Below, piece by piece: positions 25,931-29,073 of a stretch of DNA of 29,073 nucleotides. Numbering within the stretch: position 1 is the stretch's first letter; each line of letters starts with the position of its first letter. The stretch is taken from positions 1 to 29,073 of the forward strand of contig NJBF01000026.1 of assembly GCA_003144275.1 (NCBI GenBank). Direction: 5' to 3'. The position numbers and the translations under genes were made by a program. The notes beneath the pieces are model-generated. The model made no database searches, was not told where the DNA came from, and saw only the letters and a program-made list of their open reading frames with translations. The stretch is from Candidatus Heimdallarchaeota archaeon B3_Heim. Its GTDB lineage: Archaea; Asgardarchaeota; Heimdallarchaeia; Hodarchaeales; Hodarchaeaceae.

Positions 25931-26146
25931 TTACTCATGGCCTGCAAGTAATTTCTTGACGATAATGTCCAGTTGACGCTTGATGATGTCCATATCTTGA
26001 TGTATGAACGATTCACGACCGCTTTGTTCAAGATAAAAAACGATAGCTTCTCTAACATATTCACTACGTCTAATGTTCCATTTCTCACAGACTTTATCAA
26101 CCTGTTGTAGAACCTTGTCAGGAAAATAAACGGTAATAGGTTTCAA
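25931..26146 (-). CDS. Ribbon-helix-helix (CopG/Arc-like) transcriptional regulator
   Basis: MKPITVYFPDKVLQQVDKVCEKWNIRRSEYVREAI: alternating beta ribbon, helix A, and the SEYVREAI helix B; TTG start. Confidence 0.9.
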   Translation of the reverse strand: MKPITVYFPDKVLQQVDKVCEKWNIRRSEYVREAIVFYLEQSGRESFIHQDMDIIKRQLDIIVKKLLAGHE

Positions 26147-26288
26147 CTAGCGTCTATCCTAGGATCAGTGTCCACCATAGTTTGATACTCTAACATCTGT
26201 AAATGATTATTATGATTAATTAATGATTCTTTTAGACTCTTTAGGAGGCTGTCATTGGTGTCCACACTTACTAATTTGCTCATAGAAA

Positions 26289-26768
26289 TCACTCTGATTG
26301 TAAAGACATTCCTTTTGCCATTCTTTTTGCCTTAGCAAGTTCTTTTGCAGCTATTTTTTCTTCTACTGTGGGAGGAGCTGGTGGTTCAAAAAATCTGCGT
26401 CGTGGTGGAGGTTGAGGTGTGTCCACTTCTTGACCAGAATTTTGTTGGACAGGAGCTGTTTGAACTTTGAAACTAGACACACGTTGCCTCAAGTTTCTCA
26501 CTAATTGTCCGCTAAGAACAGGATTATTCGGTTCGGGTGCATTAGGTGGTACCATTTGTTGGACAGTGGGACTCAATGGAGGATTCGCGGGCTGATTAAC
26601 CGATAGGCTTGGTTGATTTTCTTGACTTTCAGCGACTACTACTAGTATCTGCGATGGAGACTGTTTGAGATTCTGTACTTTTTTCTGTATCTTAATCATT
26701 TTCTTGGTCAGCTTGTCACTTAAATAATCAAATATTCCGTAATCATCATCTTCTGACATGTTTATCAA
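26289..26768 (-). CDS. Pro/Gln-rich, largely disordered hypothetical protein (start possibly ATG 26759)
   Basis: Composition; 4-nt overlap with the upstream gene stop. Confidence 0.75.
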   Translation of the reverse strand: MINMSEDDDYGIFDYLSDKLTKKMIKIQKKVQNLKQSPSQILVVVAESQENQPSLSVNQPANPPLSPTVQQMVPPNAPEPNNPVLSGQLVRNLRQRVSSFKVQTAPVQQNSGQEVDTPQPPPRRRFFEPPAPPTVEEKIAAKELAKAKRMAKGMSLQSE

Positions 26769-27688
26769 CTCTCCTTAATTATTTGCGGGGAATCTCTTTC
26801 TAATATGGCTAAAATTCCTTGATCACCAGTGCTTGTCACAGATTCTCGTAATTGTTGACGTTGTTCTGCCGTTTGTTTCCTAGCTGCCTTCTTATCTCTA
26901 AAATCTTCAACGATTAAGTCCACGAAGGTATTTACTCCTTTAACCATTGTTCTATCCATTTCTGTCTTAAAATCTGATACATCTTTAGTTATTTCAGTCT
27001 TAAGTTTCTGCATTTCTAGTTTGAAATCCTGTTGAATCTTGATTAATTCAATATCAGTCTTATGAGATGATCTAATTTGAGCTAATTCTTTCTCATGATT
27101 CCTCTTTAACTCATCTTCCATGCGTTTGTGAAGATTTTCTATTTCTCTATCTTTTGCTTTGAGTATATCTTCCCGTTGTCGCTCTTCTTCAAAGAATGCT
27201 CGTTGACTTTCTTGTTCTCGCTCAGGAACACCTAGTCTATCACTAATATTCTTTTGAGCCAATCTTTCTTTCAGGATTGCAGTTTCTCTTTTCAATTCAC
27301 TAATTTCTTGCTCTTCATCTGGTAAAAATTCGGTCTCGATTGGTTTGAGTCGTACCACTGTTGAACCGCTTACCGCTTTGGCTTTTTTCTTAGTCTTAGG
27401 AGCAATTTTAAGCTCATCAGCATAATGCTCACGAAATTCCTGATAATCATGGATGGTATCGTGGCGACTTTTCCCTAACACATGGCCTGATAAAGATTTT
27501 AGTGTATCGAAGCTAGCGTCACACCATGAGCATCCCCACTCTTTTTCAATGGAAGTAGTGGGGTCTGTATCTGGAGGTACTTGGTCTATACCATTTAATT
27601 CACTAGGAGCATGGATGGACGAAATTTTGCTGTCTGTCTGTTCCATCGCTTCCTCCTCATTATTAATTTCTTTTGTCATTAGAATCAT
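26765..27688 (-). CDS. C2H2 zinc-finger plus long coiled-coil protein
   Basis: CSWCDASFDTLKSLSGHVLGKSRH, followed by ~130 aa of E/K/R-rich heptads. Confidence 0.85.
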   Translation of the reverse strand: MILMTKEINNEEEAMEQTDSKISSIHAPSELNGIDQVPPDTDPTTSIEKEWGCSWCDASFDTLKSLSGHVLGKSRHDTIHDYQEFREHYADELKIAPKTKKKAKAVSGSTVVRLKPIETEFLPDEEQEISELKRETAILKERLAQKNISDRLGVPEREQESQRAFFEEERQREDILKAKDREIENLHKRMEDELKRNHEKELAQIRSSHKTDIELIKIQQDFKLEMQKLKTEITKDVSDFKTEMDRTMVKGVNTFVDLIVEDFRDKKAARKQTAEQRQQLRESVTSTGDQGILAILERDSPQIIKES

Positions 27689-28004
27689 CTATTCTCTTAA
27701 TCTTATGTAAGTTCAAGGACTAAATTGTAATATTTCTGGTTGCTTCTCCAGCAAAGCCACACTAAAACAAGTCTTATTCTTAGGTTCTTAGAAATTAATA
27801 GAAGATTTATGGGTTTCTCTTTTCTAAGTGGACACATCAAGATATAATGGACATATACTAGATGGTGTCCAAACATTCAAATAGTATAAGTGTCCTTACC
27901 AAGAAGTAGTAACCAATGAAATGATTATCACAGATAATAGCTATAAGAGAGTGCCGGAACCAGGAAGTCTGTCCAATAAATAGTGACGGACAGCATTCTT
28001 ATAG

Positions 28005-28259
28005 CTACCTGGTTTGATAATCATCTCCTTCGTCTTCTAGTTCACTTAGAATAATACCCCAAAGAGTAGATTCTTTTATCCCATAAAATTCAGCTAGTTC
28101 TTCCGCCGTTTTATGTTCCCTGAAGAATTGATCACGAATACCGATAATTTTAGGCCTAAAGTTTTCGGTAATTGTCGAAGTATTCCCATTATTGGATAGT
28201 GGACAGATATAGTGGACACATACTTCTTTACGCCGCAGGCCCCATGGCCGAACACCCCC
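28005..28259 (-). CDS. Putative small HTH protein with no ATG/GTG/TTG in frame (frameshifted after ATG 28189, or non-canonical start)
   Basis: Stop-to-stop open frame encodes ...NTSTITENFRPKIIGIRDQFFREHKTAEELAEFYGIKESTLWGIILSELEDEGDDYQTR*; KTAEELAEFYGIKESTL is an HTH pattern. Confidence 0.55.
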   Translation of the reverse strand, partial: GGVRPWGLRRKEVCVHYICPLSNNGNTSTITENFRPKIIGIRDQFFREHKTAEELAEFYGIKESTLWGIILSELEDEGDDYQTR

Positions 28260-28330
28260 CTATATAATGCTCGGAAGATAGATATTTTTAGTATTAATTA
28301 TAGGGCAATGCGACTATGGGGCCTTGCGGC
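28232..28330. other. ~100-bp imperfect inverted repeat with GC-rich arms and an AT-rich centre (candidate origin or structured element)
   Basis: gccgca-ggccccat (28232-28245) pairs with atggggccttgcggc (28316-28330); inner ccctata / tataggg pair. Confidence 0.7.
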
Positions 28331-28338
28331 CTGAATTA

Positions 28339-29073
28339 CTAAGAAATAGAATCATCAGCTAATTGGACATATAAATAGTAGGTCTTCCTTGGTTTGTTCT
28401 TTAAGTCGCGGAATGATTCAATTTCTCCCTTCGGATTCAATCTACGCCAAACTTTAAACAAAGGGGTAGTTAGGTATTGTTTGTTTTTATATACTGGTTC
28501 GACATCTCTATCATCACAAATCTGTAAATACACCTCCCAAACGTCATCTATCCACACCTTGTCACTTTTACTTGGAATTAGCTGTTTAGCTAGTTCATCT
28601 ATTGGAGTACTCGATCTAGTCTCAAGTAAATCACGTTTTACTTCATAATCATTATAATCATCAATAAATCCCCTTCGTCTCAATAAACGACTCAATCCCA
28701 GCAAAAAGAGGTTTAATTGGCCGCTCCTTTCTTTTGGGGTGTTAAACTCTGCTAAAATCTTATGTTGAGGTCTATCTTTTGGGGTACCTCTAAATCTATG
28801 ATGAAACGTGCTAACAATAATTCGATCCATCAAAGCTTCATCAAGTTCCATAGGAGGTATCTGGTTGAGATCACAAAATAGTTTGGCATTGTTAATAAAC
28901 TTAAATTGAGCCTTGTATATAGGTCTACCAGTCACAGGATTCCCTCCTGTTAAAGCTTTAAAAATTCCAGAAGGTAAGAGTTTATTTGATCTCCTTTCTC
29001 CCGCAAAATTAGCATTTTTACCATAGAGAGCAGCTATGTGTTTCGCAGAGTCTTGACCCGCAATTTGATCTAA
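28339..29073 (-). CDS. D5/P4-like superfamily 3 primase-helicase, C-terminal part (5' truncated by the window edge)
   Basis: Frame is open to the edge: ...ALYGKNANFAGE...FKALTGGNPVTGRPIYKAQFKFINNAKLFCDLNQIP...ALMDRIIVSTF (Walker B, motif B', motif C, Arg finger), then a winged-helix-like tail. Confidence 0.92.
   Translation of the reverse strand, partial: LDQIAGQDSAKHIAALYGKNANFAGERRSNKLLPSGIFKALTGGNPVTGRPIYKAQFKFINNAKLFCDLNQIPPMELDEALMDRIIVSTFHHRFRGTPKDRPQHKILAEFNTPKERSGQLNLFLLGLSRLLRRRGFIDDYNDYEVKRDLLETRSSTPIDELAKQLIPSKSDKVWIDDVWEVYLQICDDRDVEPVYKNKQYLTTPLFKVWRRLNPKGEIESFRDLKNKPRKTYYLYVQLADDSIS

Larger units (their letters stand above)
26168..28219. promoter_or_regulatory. Recurrent GTG-TC-CAC sites (operator or iteron array)
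   Basis: Exact gtgtccac/gtggacac at 26168, 26258, 26419, 27828 and 28212; variants at 27847, 27865, 27890, 27969, 27986 and 28199. Confidence 0.65.
19691..29073. mobile_element. Integrated virus/plasmid-like element (left boundary approximate; continues past the right edge)
   Basis: Tyrosine recombinase at the left end, defence-like cargo, and tightly packed small minus-strand ORFs (RHH, C2H2, HTH) ending in a D5-like SF3 helicase. Confidence 0.85.

Noticed and set aside
27705-27839. 44-aa minus-strand ORF starting ATG-TGT-CCA in the control region
   Set aside because: Its start is created by the repeated atgtgtccact motif itself and the peptide has no recognisable features; more simply explained as regulatory DNA.
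25661-28648. ORFs 25661-25852(+), 25915-26100(-), 27453-27710(+) and 28394-28648(+)
   Set aside because: Shadows of the minus-strand backbone genes.
24343-29073. Major capsid protein or packaging ATPase
   Set aside because: No ORF of suitable size or with FtsK/A32/terminase motifs in the visible part, so virus versus plasmid identity cannot be settled from this window.

Overview
This is AT-rich archaeal-looking DNA. My inference is an Asgard archaeon, probably Heimdallarchaeia/Hodarchaeales, from the gene repertoire and the C-terminally anchored surface proteins; this is not proven from the window. Bases 1-19.7 kb look like host chromosome: proC, an ICMT-family methyltransferase, an alkyl-DHAP-synthase-like flavoprotein, a Cys-rich/ferredoxin cluster, an alpha/beta hydrolase, three anchored surface proteins (one broken by a single in-frame TAG), three kinases/phosphotransferases and a dNK-CYTH-MazG operon. 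The gaps hold decayed gene fragments and a dispersed direct-repeat family that brackets single genes. From ~19.7 kb to the right edge lies an integrated virus/plasmid-like element. It carries an atypical tyrosine recombinase preceded by a 9-8-9 inverted repeat and an AT-rich two-gene candidate defence module (DUF3696-type ABC ATPase plus an HDR-motif protein). That module sits against the truncated relic of a type I R-M hsdM gene, suggesting it replaced earlier cargo. A minus-strand backbone follows: Zn fingers, RHH, a 50-aa protein with 30% Arg and an HTH frame (both absent from the ORF track), a control region with GTG-TC-CAC sites and a 100-bp hairpin, and a D5-like SF3 primase-helicase cut by the window edge. 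I recognised no tRNA, rRNA, CRISPR array or capsid gene. All family calls are by-eye motif recognition, not database searches.
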